From a virus: a stretch of 64,000 nucleotides of DNA. Within the stretch, counting starts at the first letter, position 1. Each line of letters starts with the position of its first letter. Below the pieces are notes generated by a model, which saw only the letters and a list, made by a program, of their open reading frames with translations, had not been told where the DNA came from and ran no database searches. This document shows positions 1 through 10,423 of this stretch, piece after piece. Location: positions 1 through 64,000 of IMG/VR virus record IMGVR_UViG_3300010430_000024. One strand, given 5' to 3'. The position numbers were made by a program, and so were the translations under genes.

Positions 1-3000
1 AAGTCACTAGAGTTCGGGAACGTAACCCAGTCGCCAGTTCCATCGAGCAACAACGACGTGCTACCGAATTTTGTCTGGGCTGTGTCAAGTTGAGCATTAG
101 CTACAAAGGTAGCTACGCGAGCGCCATCATCTATTGACGTATAGGTTGTTGCAGCATCCGTACCATCAAAATCTGCTAACAGTGAAACACTAGCCCAGTC
201 TGAATCTTCAGCTGGATATGCTTCTGTTGGTGCGGTGAAGTTTGCGGTGTATCGAGCTACGCCTTTCGTTACGCGAATATTGTCCAACCAACCATTAAAG
301 TCTTGTACTAAACTGGGCGCAAAGATGCCTCCGATTGTGAATGGCTGGGTTACCGTAAATATAGTGCCAGTGTCTGCTATCTCAGTTCCTAACTGGACTC
401 CATCAACAAAGTGATACAGGAAACCACCAGTCCTAGTAGCAGCAAGGTGATACCACTGCTCGCCAACGGGGTTCCATGCTTGGTCCCTTGAAACGACATC
501 CGCGCCAGTTGTTGAATATCCAAATCGCAGATTATTATTTGTAATCGCAAACGACCACGAGGCTTGACTGCCCGTAGATAGGTACTTATTAAAGAACTGA
601 TGATCGCCAGTGCCGGGGTCGCCGTTAAAACGCACATGACATTCAACCGTGAAGTCACCACTTCCCAAATCCATATCTGTTGATTGCGGGAACTGGATGT
701 AATCATCAGTGCCATCAAACAACGCTGACGCTGTGCCAAACTTAAATTGCGCCGTATCAATTTGCGCTTGATTGAAAAAAGACGATACCAATTCTGGGTG
801 GGCTTGATCTATGGCAGCTGTCGCTGTGTCGGCACCCTCAAAATCCAACAGTATGGAGACGCTACTCCAGTCGGAGTCTCCTGCGGCTACCCCCGGAACA
901 AGAGCTGCCACCTCATTGGCATCTATGTTGATGGCTGCTACAACACTGAGAGACACATCGCTTTGAAAAGAAGCCTCACCAGCGACATCCAAAACGTCAT
1001 CAAAATCAACCGCACCAGTAACACCAAGAGTGGTGTTAAATGTACCTGCCGCATCGACGTTCAGTGTGCTATCGAAGTCAACCGCACCCTGTGCGTTCAG
1101 TGTGTCGGAAAGTACAACTGCACCATCAACATCCAGCGTACCCGCAATAGTCGCATCACCCTCGATACTCGTGAGTGCTGACGTGATCTTTGTTATCAGT
1201 CCGTCAATCTGCGTAGTGTAAGCAGGATCGCCAACATAGAACGTCGTGGGGTCGTTCTGAACAGTCTTGGTATACTCGCAAATCTTTGGGTCAGTGGAAG
1301 AGTCACGTGAGATGAAAATCCTGTTTCCGTCTTGCGATATATGTATTTGATTCCAGAGACCAAACCCAGAATCTGTCTGGACATTCCTACTACCAGTCCA
1401 TGTGATTGTCGTGACATCGAAAGGCACGGTCATTTTCGCGATATAGAAAATGGTGGTGTACAGCGCAATAAGCGTCAGTCCATCTTCTGAAATAGTAAAG
1501 TCATCTATCACATTGCCCGGAGCGCCAGACATGTTGTCGTAACGCTGATTGGACGCAAGTGTATAGCTGGTAATATCGTAGGCAGTGCTGAGGTCGAACA
1601 TCCTCAACTCATAGATGCTGCCAGCCGCTTCACCAACACCGCAGAGCTTGGTGCCATCGCGTGACATCCAGTACCCACTCTCACCTACAGTCGGGAAACC
1701 AAGAGCCGAATTAAGCACCGTAGCATTTGCTGCCACAGAGCCGTTAATCACGTACGCCGAGGAACTGGTATAAGTCTCAACGCTATTACCAGAAGCCAGC
1801 TGAACCATGTACTGAAGGCCGCTTTCAATCCACCTCCCTGTGTACCAAGGATTGGTTAAGGAGTCAGCTGCCCCGTCGCTTGTCGCATTCGAGAAATCAT
1901 ATGCAGTGGTCAGCGTGTAGCTACGCATAACATCTTCGGTGTTATTGCCCATGATGCAATGAAGCCCATCATCGGACAGGTCAAATACATCTATACCATT
2001 GGCTACGTCCTGCGCGATGCCTGTAGATTCAAGTGCCGCTGTGTCATGGGTAACTGCTACGTATGTCCAATCAGTGTCTGGGTCGGTTCCCCAGATGCTC
2101 GAAATAGTAGCGAAGTCGCCAGCAAATATAAGCATCTCCACATCTTCTGCGGCAGGATTCTCCCAATTGATACCAACGTCATTTTTCAGCCCTACGAGCG
2201 TACCGTCGATGTCTGTTCTGTACGCTGGGTCACCCATAGTCCAAGCTGTAGCGCCCGGTCCACCCTCTACGCCGCCTGCTGAAAGCCATAGGTTCGTGTC
2301 ATTGTTCGCTGAGTTGTTGTCCCAGCGCTGCTGCAAGATCAGGACGGTACTATCAGGTGATACGTCAAACCCTTCCGTATTGCCACCAGCGCCAGTTCTG
2401 GTATTGACTATCCCAATAGCACCGAACGAAAGGGTGGTTATATCGAAGGGTGTGGTGGCAACATACTCATCCATCTTCGTGGCATGTAAGACGTACAGCA
2501 ACAAACCATCAGGTGACCACAAAAACTCAGTAATGTTTGTGCCACTGACAATTTCATCATTAGTCTCCGTGCCAGTGCTTAGGTCGAACGGAGCTGTCAT
2601 GGTGATTTCTTTAATGCTCGGACCGACGTTGTACCATAGGGTCAACCCGTCATCAGAGACAGTTACACCTTTAGGTGTTCCAACGACAGAGAACCCATAG
2701 TTTTTTGTTGCTAAATCACCGGATACGGGATTCCATGCAGTACCTGTGTTGCGGCGTTCTTGTATTTCAAGCGTGGTTCCACCAACCGCCATATAGACAG
2801 ACCTGCCTTCATCAGCAAAGCAAAAGCCCCACGTGTCAGACTCATTTAATACTTGTACTGGACTAGCGTTCTCCGGTCTGTAGGGAACGCTATATGTGAC
2901 CCCGGCTCGCCATATGCCACCAGCAGCAGCATTATTCAAGCAAGCTGTATACCCGGCAGTGCCGTCACCATTGAATTTGAAACCAGATGTTTCTGTCTGC

Positions 3001-4577
3001 GGAAATTCAGTGCTGCTGTCCCAACTAAAGGTACTAATAGCAGGCCAACTACCAATAACTGCTGGCAGGTCTCCGAAAATAAGTAACTCAATGTCATCAC
3101 CAGTAGAATTTTCCCAGTCGATGCCAATGGAATTCTTGAGTCCTATGAGGGTGCCATCGATATCTGTTCTGTACGCTGGGTCGCCAACAGTAAATCCTGC
3201 CGCTCCAGCTCCAAAACCGAACGCCTCAGTGGGTGGAGTAAAGTTCGCTGTATATCTGGCAGATTTAGTTATCCTGAGATCATCTATCCAACCATTATGG
3301 TATTCAGCTAACCCTGACCCGGTAGAGGCGACACCAATGTAAAACAGCCCCGTAGTGGCATGAAGGGAATCTGTTGATATATTGACTGTAGCACCCTGCT
3401 GAACTCCATCAACAAACAACCTCAGATCAGCGCCAGATCGACATGCAGCAATGTGATACCACTGATCATCGTCAGGGAACCATGAGCGAGTAGTATTGGT
3501 AGTTGAGGTGCCATTTGTTGAATAAATAAAACGCAAAGTTGCATCATGAAAACCAAACAAATAGGATCGTTGGCTTACCCCATTAGCGTCCCAAAAACCA
3601 CATAGCGTATGCTTTGACCCACCACCGGGAACTAACTCGAAACGTATCCAGCCTTCGATTGTAAAATCACCATCCGCAAGTTGCAGACCTGCGTCATTCG
3701 GGATAGTGATGTACCCCGGACCCGGTGACCCACCAACCTCATCAAAGAATGCTGAAGCGGTGCCATACTTGATAATTGAAGTATCGAGAGATACATCATC
3801 AACAAAAGTTAAGGTGTAATTATTAACAGATAGGTCGGGTGCTGTAGTCGCCCCATTGTCTCCATCAAACGGAACGAGAAGCGCAACATTAGCGTAATCA
3901 GGATCGCTGCCAGTTGTTTCCGAAAATACTACGAACTCTATAGAGTCGAAAGTCTCATTCTGCCAGTTGATTGAGTAATCGTTTGCTAGTTGTAGATACC
4001 CCTCGTACGGGTTCCACTTCAGCAGGCTTGCGGTGTCGTGCCAGTTCTCGCCGTCATCGTTATACAGCATGTCGAAAGCTGTCTGCGTGGTGAGGTCTGT
4101 GTCGGTAAGCTCAAGAAGAGTATCAACGCCACCACCAATAGAACCTACATCCTGCGATTCCCATCGGTTGTTTGCTTCGACCCACGTGAGTACCTGATCG
4201 TCTGTTGGGGTTGGCACATGGACATCAGTCAGTTCGCCAAGGGCTAATGACCCACCAGCTGTTCCGGGTAAGAACTCATCACCATCCCAGATAAGACTCT
4301 GACCAACAGAGGGTGAGCCATTAACGTCAGTAAGGTCGAAAATGCTTGACGGCACACTCAGGTCGGTGATGTCAGCTTCAACATGCGTGTGAATTATCGG
4401 CGCATAGATAGCGTCAAGGTCGTCGGCAAACTCAGTGTCAGGAATAACGGATTCTTCGTTTTCCAACGACTGAAAACGATATTCGAGAGCAGCCACAAGC
4501 TGCCGCATGTCATACGGCTTGATGGGTTCCTCTATCCGAAAGGAAGGAAACGCTACTCGCTGTTTGTTCCGACTCAT
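1..4577 (-). CDS. Large modular tail fibre / receptor-binding protein (>1500 aa, LamG-like and beta-propeller-like repeats); 3' end outside window
   Basis: Absent from the ORF track, apparently because it has no stop inside the window. ATG at 4577 overlaps the TGA of the upstream gene (ATGA) and reads MSRNKQRVAFPSFRIEEPIKPYDMRQLV. The same frame reads SLLLDGTGDWVTFPNSSD at the left edge. Frame was spot-checked, not read at every codon. Confidence 0.85.
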   Translation of the reverse strand, partial: MSRNKQRVAFPSFRIEEPIKPYDMRQLVAALEYRFQSLENEESVIPDTEFADDLDAIYAPIIHTHVEADITDLSVPSSIFDLTDVNGSPSVGQSLIWDGDEFLPGTAGGSLALGELTDVHVPTPTDDQVLTWVEANNRWESQDVGSIGGGVDTLLELTDTDLTTQTAFDMLYNDDGENWHDTASLLKWNPYEGYLQLANDYSINWQNETFDSIEFVVFSETTGSDPDYANVALLVPFDGDNGATTAPDLSVNNYTLTFVDDVSLDTSIIKYGTASAFFDEVGGSPGPGYITIPNDAGLQLADGDFTIEGWIRFELVPGGGSKHTLCGFWDANGVSQRSYLFGFHDATLRFIYSTNGTSTTNTTRSWFPDDDQWYHIAACRSGADLRLFVDGVQQGATVNISTDSLHATTGLFYIGVASTGSGLAEYHNGWIDDLRITKSARYTANFTPPTEAFGFGAGAAGFTVGDPAYRTDIDGTLIGLKNSIGIDWENSTGDDIELLIFGDLPAVIGSWPAISTFSWDSSTEFPQTETSGFKFNGDGTAGYTACLNNAAAGGIWRAGVTYSVPYRPENASPVQVLNESDTWGFCFADEGRSVYMAVGGTTLEIQERRNTGTAWNPVSGDLATKNYGFSVVGTPKGVTVSDDGLTLWYNVGPSIKEITMTAPFDLSTGTETNDEIVSGTNITEFLWSPDGLLLYVLHATKMDEYVATTPFDITTLSFGAIGIVNTRTGAGGNTEGFDVSPDSTVLILQQRWDNNSANNDTNLWLSAGGVEGGPGATAWTMGDPAYRTDIDGTLVGLKNDVGINWENPAAEDVEMLIFAGDFATISSIWGTDPDTDWTYVAVTHDTAALESTGIAQDVANGIDVFDLSDDGLHCIMGNNTEDVMRSYTLTTAYDFSNATSDGAADSLTNPWYTGRWIESGLQYMVQLASGNSVETYTSSSAYVINGSVAANATVLNSALGFPTVGESGYWMSRDGTKLCGVGEAAGSIYELRMFDLSTAYDITSYTLASNQRYDNMSGAPGNVIDDFTISEDGLTLIALYTTIFYIAKMTVPFDVTTITWTGSRNVQTDSGFGLWNQIHISQDGNRIFISRDSSTDPKICEYTKTVQNDPTTFYVGDPAYTTQIDGLITKITSALTSIEGDATIAGTLDVDGAVVLSDTLNAQGAVDFDSTLNVDAAGTFNTTLGVTGAVDFDDVLDVAGEASFQSDVSLSVVAAINIDANEVAALVPGVAAGDSDWSSVSILLDFEGADTATAAIDQAHPELVSSFFNQAQIDTAQFKFGTASALFDGTDDYIQFPQSTDMDLGSGDFTVECHVRFNGDPGTGDHQFFNKYLSTGSQASWSFAITNNNLRFGYSTTGADVVSRDQAWNPVGEQWYHLAATRTGGFLYHFVDGVQLGTEIADTGTIFTVTQPFTIGGIFAPSLVQDFNGWLDNIRVTKGVARYTANFTAPTEAYPAEDSDWASVSLLADFDGTDAATTYTSIDDGARVATFVANAQLDTAQTKFGSTSLLLDGTGDWVTFPNSSD

Positions 4578-7081
4578 CCGCGCTTACCGTGTGGTCCTGC
4601 TCTTCCCCTCCAGTTGCCCATGCGCCACTTGTCTCCGGTATCGTTCGATGAGACCTTGATCGCGACCTGCCGCGCACGAATTCTGGTTGACACTTTCCTT
4701 GTGTTGCCGTCCACCGTGTATGGTCCCTTCGTTATCCTGTCAGCCGCTGGGTATTTGCGTCCTGTCAGGTTCACATCGACGCTTCCTTCGAGCGTCAGGA
4801 AGTCTGGGATTAACTGGTCTACGTGCATTAACTCTTCACCAGCATTCGGTATCTCCATATCGAATGACTCGATATAGCTTGACATCGCTACACCGTCAGC
4901 ATCGGTTCCGGTCTCATGCTCGTACAGGTAACCATCAGCGCTGGTTGCGTAGGCTTTCTCGAACTGTGGTGATCGATCTGCCCATGCTGTACGAGCCAAC
5001 ATGCCAGTAGCCCATGTACCTTCTTCGTAGTTGAACGCCACGTAACGATTCACTTCAATTGGGCTGATGTCAAAGTCCTGTGCAGTTAGTACGCCCACCG
5101 GACCAACCGCAAAGTTGTAGAAGCGAATTGAGTTTTCAGCCGTTACCGCTGGCTCCATATGAAGCCCAGCAGAACCACCTGTGTACAGCAACAACTCAGC
5201 AGCAGACAGAGCGATTTGCCATACCTGAGTACCATCGAGCCACAAGGTGAGGTTTGGCGTATCGAACTGCGCCGTTAAGTTGTACTTCGTTTCCGCTGCC
5301 GCTGCCGATCCAGATACCGCAGTGAATGTGTACGTACCCGGATCATTGTCCAAGACGCTCTTCACACCACTCGCGTTCTTCTTCCTGACGCGAATCGTAT
5401 CAGTGAAGATGTCAGCCTCAATGTAGATGCCCTGAGCATCATCAGAGGTGGTATCTGGGGTGCCTGTGATCTCGGTACGCAGGAACATCATGCCAGACCA
5501 CCGAGTAGCAACTTGTCCTGCCTCAAACGCGAACTCTACACCCCACTCACATTCTGTCGGGGTCAGAATCGGTTCATCGTTGGTCAGGATGTAATCGTAC
5601 TCGTAACCATTGTCAGCCGTGTTTGTTACCGTCGTGAAGCCAGCCGATGAATTGAATTCGTATTCATAGCCAATCACTCCAGCACCACTAGGCGTAGCAA
5701 GAGAGAAACCTGATGGGATTCTCAGGTCGAATGGATGCTGCGCATAAGCCAGCGGGTCGTACGATGGATAGAAGAACCAGACCTCATTGAACTCACGATT
5801 CAGACCACCGTAAACCTTGTCTCGCTGATCGACGTTGATGAAGTCGTACACCCAGTTGCGAACGTCACACGGCAGCACCTTGACGATACCGTCATAGATA
5901 TAGAAGTCAGACTCAGCCATGAAGATCACGCGAGCGTCAATCGGTACTGCTGCGTTCGGACCCAGTATCGAGACGTTCTCACCAACCGTATTCAAGCCGA
6001 AGACATCAAAACCACCGAAGAACGGTAATGTGTGTACGCTGACATCCGTGAAAACGAGCGTCTCAAGCCGTGAGCGTACGCCTGTGACGATTTTAGAGCC
6101 TGAGTATAGTCTTAGGTCACCTGATGTGTTGGTGCTGGTAGGCACCCAATCATTCAGGTCTTCGGTCGAACACCACCTGATCAACATTGGATCAAATGCG
6201 AGGTTGAAGAAATCGTAAGCACCCAGAGCGATCACGTGTCGATCTCGCTGCGAGACGATCATAGCCTCATTATTGGGTGGCGCATCACCGCCAAACGGAG
6301 AGGCTCTTGTGCCAGTACCCTTGGATCGATCCCACCAGTACATCTGTCCACCACGTGGGCAGCACAGTAAGTCTTCGCCCCATGTATCAAGAGACCATGT
6401 GCGGATTGGCAGCACCAGCGTTGATCCTGTCCGGGCATCACCGTAGCCTTCGCGCCCGTACGGACCTGTGCCATAACCTGTAGCCGTGACAGCTGTCTCT
6501 GCCCCTACAGTGATTTGGTACTCAGCCCTGACCGCTGTGCCGCCTTCATTTGCGCCGCCAGTTGCTGCTGTACCAGAATGAGTTATATCGTAAGTGTTCG
6601 GTCCAGTGACAGCATCAACCGTGTACTCACCCTCAAAATCGAGACCACTGGATGCACCGACAATCGTGTTCGTGAATTCCACGTAGTCGCCAAGCTGCGC
6701 TCCATGGTTCGCATCAGTAACCTCTATACGTGACAAGCCAGTGAATGTCTCAAAAGGACCGAGACCACCATTAGCAGGCTCTGAGACGTGCCTCAATGGA
6801 GTGATGTCGTAATAGGTGCCGTCCTGCCATACATACAGCTTGGTATCAGTAGCGACGGCTGACCAGCGTTTAGCATCCAGTGAGGACCAATCCAGCAGGC
6901 GACGACAGATGCCAATGAACTGCGGCGAATCAACCTGCACCCAGCCACCTATCTTCTCAGCCAGACCCTTACGAAAACGCACCTTGTCCATCGAGTACCA
7001 GCGACCCACAGCGCCGCGCTCTGACTGCTCTGTGTACTGACCAGCACTGATGGGTAAATTAAAGATCGCCTTCTGTGTCAT
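4574..7081 (-). CDS. Tail tubular/nozzle (DNA stabilisation-type) protein with inserted domain
   Basis: 835 aa. N-terminal DKVRFRKGLAEKIGGW and motifs WSLDTWGEDL, IRWCSTED and EVWFFYPS are typical of this podophage family. Tail-module position. Confidence 0.75.
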   Translation of the reverse strand: MTQKAIFNLPISAGQYTEQSERGAVGRWYSMDKVRFRKGLAEKIGGWVQVDSPQFIGICRRLLDWSSLDAKRWSAVATDTKLYVWQDGTYYDITPLRHVSEPANGGLGPFETFTGLSRIEVTDANHGAQLGDYVEFTNTIVGASSGLDFEGEYTVDAVTGPNTYDITHSGTAATGGANEGGTAVRAEYQITVGAETAVTATGYGTGPYGREGYGDARTGSTLVLPIRTWSLDTWGEDLLCCPRGGQMYWWDRSKGTGTRASPFGGDAPPNNEAMIVSQRDRHVIALGAYDFFNLAFDPMLIRWCSTEDLNDWVPTSTNTSGDLRLYSGSKIVTGVRSRLETLVFTDVSVHTLPFFGGFDVFGLNTVGENVSILGPNAAVPIDARVIFMAESDFYIYDGIVKVLPCDVRNWVYDFINVDQRDKVYGGLNREFNEVWFFYPSYDPLAYAQHPFDLRIPSGFSLATPSGAGVIGYEYEFNSSAGFTTVTNTADNGYEYDYILTNDEPILTPTECEWGVEFAFEAGQVATRWSGMMFLRTEITGTPDTTSDDAQGIYIEADIFTDTIRVRKKNASGVKSVLDNDPGTYTFTAVSGSAAAAETKYNLTAQFDTPNLTLWLDGTQVWQIALSAAELLLYTGGSAGLHMEPAVTAENSIRFYNFAVGPVGVLTAQDFDISPIEVNRYVAFNYEEGTWATGMLARTAWADRSPQFEKAYATSADGYLYEHETGTDADGVAMSSYIESFDMEIPNAGEELMHVDQLIPDFLTLEGSVDVNLTGRKYPAADRITKGPYTVDGNTRKVSTRIRARQVAIKVSSNDTGDKWRMGNWRGRAGPHGKRG

Positions 7082-8298
7082 TACGGCTCGAACTCAATTC
7101 CTGTAAGTAGCAAACCAGATGCCTGTGCTATTGGGGTAGGCTCAGCGCCTGAGTGACCACCAGTCCTGCCTATCTGGATCAACCCTGAAGCTGAACCAAT
7201 TGATGCTGTTGTGCCAAGTTTGAAGCTCTCACCTACAGTCAGGTCATACCAAGTATCAGACGCACCCGGATCAACTGTCCAGCCGGGTGATCCACCCTCG
7301 GTGTTCGATGGTGCAAAGACAAAGTAATTACCGGGCGTGAACGAGTTACCAACCCACCATGCTGTGGAGTAATCTACATCGCCTCCTGAGTGCTGCCTTC
7401 GGAAGACACCAGTACTCAGAAGTATAAAGCCAACCTCATCAGATGTTGCAGTCATGGTGAATCCAGTTTCTGAGATTTCACTAAACAGCACCAGCTTGCC
7501 GTCAGTCTCACCTTTGATTCGACCCTCTGATCGAAGTGTTGCTTCACTCTTCGCGCCACTGAAAGTAGCGCTCGCTCCATTTGTTGGGGCAAAGGAAGAG
7601 CCACCATCACCACCAGCACCACCATTGCCTTGTTGATTGATTCCAAATCTATTGGTAGATGGGTTGGCGAACTGACCGTATATCCCGGCGTAGCCCCAGT
7701 CGCCACCATCACCGCCATCATTGGTAGCTGCGGTGCCGCCATTGCCACCATTGCCTATTGCAAGCTGACTGCCAGCTGATCCTGCTGCCCCTAACGGAGA
7801 GCCTGTCGGAGAACCCGCAGCGCCACCACTAGCGTCACCCCAACCGACACCACCACCGCCGCCACCGCCCGGAGTGCCACCAGCGCCAGTATCGTTGTAA
7901 GAGCCACCACCGCCGCCACCGCCACCGCCGAAGAGAAAGCCATTATCAACATCAATCGAAACATCAAAAGTGTCGGACTGGATGGCATGTCCACCCGATC
8001 CTCCAGCATTGCCATGAGTGCCTGTCGCACCGTTGTCGTCACCTCCAGAGCCACCAGCACCACCTGTTCCTATAAAGCGCCCACTGTTGATTGCAGTAAA
8101 CTGGAAAGTGCTACCCGCAGCAAAGTCGGTCGTAATGATAATTTCTGCAACATCGGCATCGTCTGCTATGAGTGTGACCTCAACAGGCTCAGATGGAGAG
8201 CCTAGATATACCCACAGGTCACCAATGTAAGTGTCACTGGTGAAATCAATAGTGAACGCACCACCGCCACCGAAAAGAGAGAGAGGCTTTTTCCACAT
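7081..8298 (-). CDS. Glycine-rich fibre-tip adhesin (gp38-like)
   Basis: Likely start MWKKPLSLF at 8298 overlapping the previous stop. Multiple poly-Gly tracts (GFLFGGGGGGGGG, PGGGGGGG). Confidence 0.65.
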   Translation of the reverse strand: MWKKPLSLFGGGGAFTIDFTSDTYIGDLWVYLGSPSEPVEVTLIADDADVAEIIITTDFAAGSTFQFTAINSGRFIGTGGAGGSGGDDNGATGTHGNAGGSGGHAIQSDTFDVSIDVDNGFLFGGGGGGGGGSYNDTGAGGTPGGGGGGGVGWGDASGGAAGSPTGSPLGAAGSAGSQLAIGNGGNGGTAATNDGGDGGDWGYAGIYGQFANPSTNRFGINQQGNGGAGGDGGSSFAPTNGASATFSGAKSEATLRSEGRIKGETDGKLVLFSEISETGFTMTATSDEVGFILLSTGVFRRQHSGGDVDYSTAWWVGNSFTPGNYFVFAPSNTEGGSPGWTVDPGASDTWYDLTVGESFKLGTTASIGSASGLIQIGRTGGHSGAEPTPIAQASGLLLTGIEFEP

Positions 8299-9161
8299 TA
8301 GACCGAAGCCAGTCCTTTGATTATCGACACCACCCACCGTGCGCCACCGATATCATCGAGACCAGTTACGTACTCAAAGCCAAGGTAATCAATCGACCCG
8401 AAGGCAGTTGACAATACAGGTGCGCCACCAGACGCAAGGAACGTGTTGGACGCGAATGTAATGGCATGTGGTGCGCCAGTACCCTGCTCGACAATCAAGC
8501 TGAATGTCTGCCCGTTAGTCGCATTGGTTGGAGCTGTCAAATTAAACGCAGCTGTCGTCAGGTGATAGAAAGCGTTCGAGTCAGCACAGTCAACATTGAC
8601 GTTGCCAGTATCAATCAGGAGTGCTGTACGATCAGTTACCTGACCCTTGGTGAAGGTCTGTGCAACATTCTTCTGCGCGAACTCAGTATCCGCAATACCA
8701 TTCAGCAAAACTGAGTCAGCGGCCAAAGTCGCATTCGCTGCGGTCACTGCCGTTGCTGCGGATGCTGCCTGCACATCAGTACCATCACAGTAAACCCACT
8801 GACCCTCACCAGCGATGATTGTTGGTCCTATGCCTGCAACCGTCTTCACCATGACATCACCATCGGACGTGTTCGCAACCAGATAGACCTTACTGCGAGT
8901 CGGCACAATGATGTTACGCGACCCACCGGGCGAGCCGTTCAAATCAAGGATCATGTAACGAGCGCCAGTCGCGGCAGTAGGACCACCAGCAGTGTCATCC
9001 AGCGTGTAATCCTGTGCGACGGTTATATCGACAACAGCCGTACCAGCAATACTGTCTTCCAGAAGCTGGAGAGCGCTGTCATTAAGAACGGTTCCCCATG
9101 TGTCTGGGTTCTCATCCAGAGCCTGTAGGGTCATCCTGAGTAATGGGCTAATGGTAGACAT
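8298..9161 (-). CDS. Tail fibre / tail-associated structural protein
   Basis: 287 aa. N-terminal ENPDTWGTVLN motif, C-terminal TAPTNATNGQTFSLIVEQ beta domain, tail-module synteny. Confidence 0.65.
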   Translation of the reverse strand: MSTISPLLRMTLQALDENPDTWGTVLNDSALQLLEDSIAGTAVVDITVAQDYTLDDTAGGPTAATGARYMILDLNGSPGGSRNIIVPTRSKVYLVANTSDGDVMVKTVAGIGPTIIAGEGQWVYCDGTDVQAASAATAVTAANATLAADSVLLNGIADTEFAQKNVAQTFTKGQVTDRTALLIDTGNVNVDCADSNAFYHLTTAAFNLTAPTNATNGQTFSLIVEQGTGAPHAITFASNTFLASGGAPVLSTAFGSIDYLGFEYVTGLDDIGGARWVVSIIKGLASV

Positions 9162-9164
9162 TTC

Positions 9165-9824
9165 TTACCTCTGGTTAGTCGGTGACGCTGGCACTTCCAT
9201 CGGTGTCAGGTTGTATCGTTGGTTGAGTAACTCGTAAGTCTCTCTCTTTGCCAGCGGCAGAGAGTCGGTGTAATCCGTCTTCCATATCTCAACGCGATCA
9301 TCAGCCTTCAGGAACTTCTCTGACTCAGCAAGACATGCCTTGAAGAGTAGATCATCCTGATGCAGTGACAGCCACGTGGTGTCCTGTCCAACAGAGAGGC
9401 TCTCTGGGCGTGTTACGCCACGAGCGTTAAGGGTGTAAGTGCCGTCAGGGATCGGGGATAGAAGCCAGTCAGTCTCAGTCTGTTCAGAATAGTATTTAGG
9501 TGGAGCTGTGGACCCAATCACCTGATGATCCCTGACGAAATCGGTTGAACGCAATTCGAGAAAAGTTCTCACGCCTGCGCTGTCGTAATAAATTGATTGT
9601 GTCACCACCAACTCAGTATCGGTGACTGGCTTTGTTGCGGTCTCAACACCCGGCGAGGTAGCTGCCGTTCCCTCTGACGTAAAGATGGACAGGTCGAGAT
9701 CGCGCCATAAACGCATCTCACCAAGATTGATCAGATCATCAATCGACCCTGCGAACTCAAGGTCGTCGTCTTCCATCCACGACTGAAGATTGGCTGAGAG
9801 TTCTGCATATGTTTTGTTGCTCAA
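9165..9824 (-). CDS. Head-tail adaptor / tail tubular protein A-like
   Basis: 219 aa. TYAEL at the N terminus, PKYY...LSPIPD and TTWLS...DLLFKACL motifs; synteny. Confidence 0.65.
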   Translation of the reverse strand: MSNKTYAELSANLQSWMEDDDLEFAGSIDDLINLGEMRLWRDLDLSIFTSEGTAATSPGVETATKPVTDTELVVTQSIYYDSAGVRTFLELRSTDFVRDHQVIGSTAPPKYYSEQTETDWLLSPIPDGTYTLNARGVTRPESLSVGQDTTWLSLHQDDLLFKACLAESEKFLKADDRVEIWKTDYTDSLPLAKRETYELLNQRYNLTPMEVPASPTNQR

Positions 9825-10423
9825 GGTGCCGCTCCATATATCTGCACAGAGGTGATTGCATGATCCCAGAAGGTCGCGTCAGCCTGTGGTGTGATGTAGA
9901 ACGTGCCACCGTTTGTCTGGAAGTCTGACCCTGCGAACAATGGGATAACGAAGTTGAAGTGCTGTGTAACACCAGCGCCCTTGGCAAACACAGCGGTCTG
10001 CGCATAAATAATAGGGAATGAACCACCACCGACATCAAGCTCGAACTCGAACAGATTCTGCGAAGCTACTGTTGATTCAGCCGACATAGCAACACGCACC
10101 ATACCGAAGTTATTCAGACCGTTCGGGATCAGTTTGTTCGTTGTTACATCCCAGAAATGCCCAGCACCACCGTGACCCGTCTCCGGGTGACCGAAGTCAC
10201 CACCAGCGCCATCAATGGTCATCTGCGTTCGAGCCGCTGCCAAGATCGTGCGCGGCGAGCCTACCGTGTAGGTGCCATCCAAGTGGAAGTCCCACCCCTG
10301 ATTTGCAAGGTATCGAGAGCTGACAGTAAAGTCCCGCATGTCCTGCGGTGTGATTGAAGCTGGTCCCTGCCCATCAGCGAAGATGGCTTGCAGTTCAGCT
10401 TCTGTTCTTACGGTGTCTACCAT
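9821..10423 (-). CDS. Putative virion structural protein
   Basis: 200 aa ORF coupled to its neighbours; ITPQDMRD N-terminal motif. Confidence 0.55.
   Translation of the reverse strand: MVDTVRTEAELQAIFADGQGPASITPQDMRDFTVSSRYLANQGWDFHLDGTYTVGSPRTILAAARTQMTIDGAGGDFGHPETGHGGAGHFWDVTTNKLIPNGLNNFGMVRVAMSAESTVASQNLFEFELDVGGGSFPIIYAQTAVFAKGAGVTQHFNFVIPLFAGSDFQTNGGTFYITPQADATFWDHAITSVQIYGAAP

Noticed and set aside
2110-3190. Diversity-generating retroelement TR/VR pair
   Set aside because: Differences between the repeats are mostly synonymous and not adenine-specific; no reverse transcriptase in the window.
1-4573. Apparent 4.5-kb coding gap, suggesting stop-codon recoding or a pseudogene
   Set aside because: One minus-strand frame appears open from 4577 to the edge and was omitted only because its stop lies outside the window. 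Genes elsewhere end normally at TAA, TAG and TGA.
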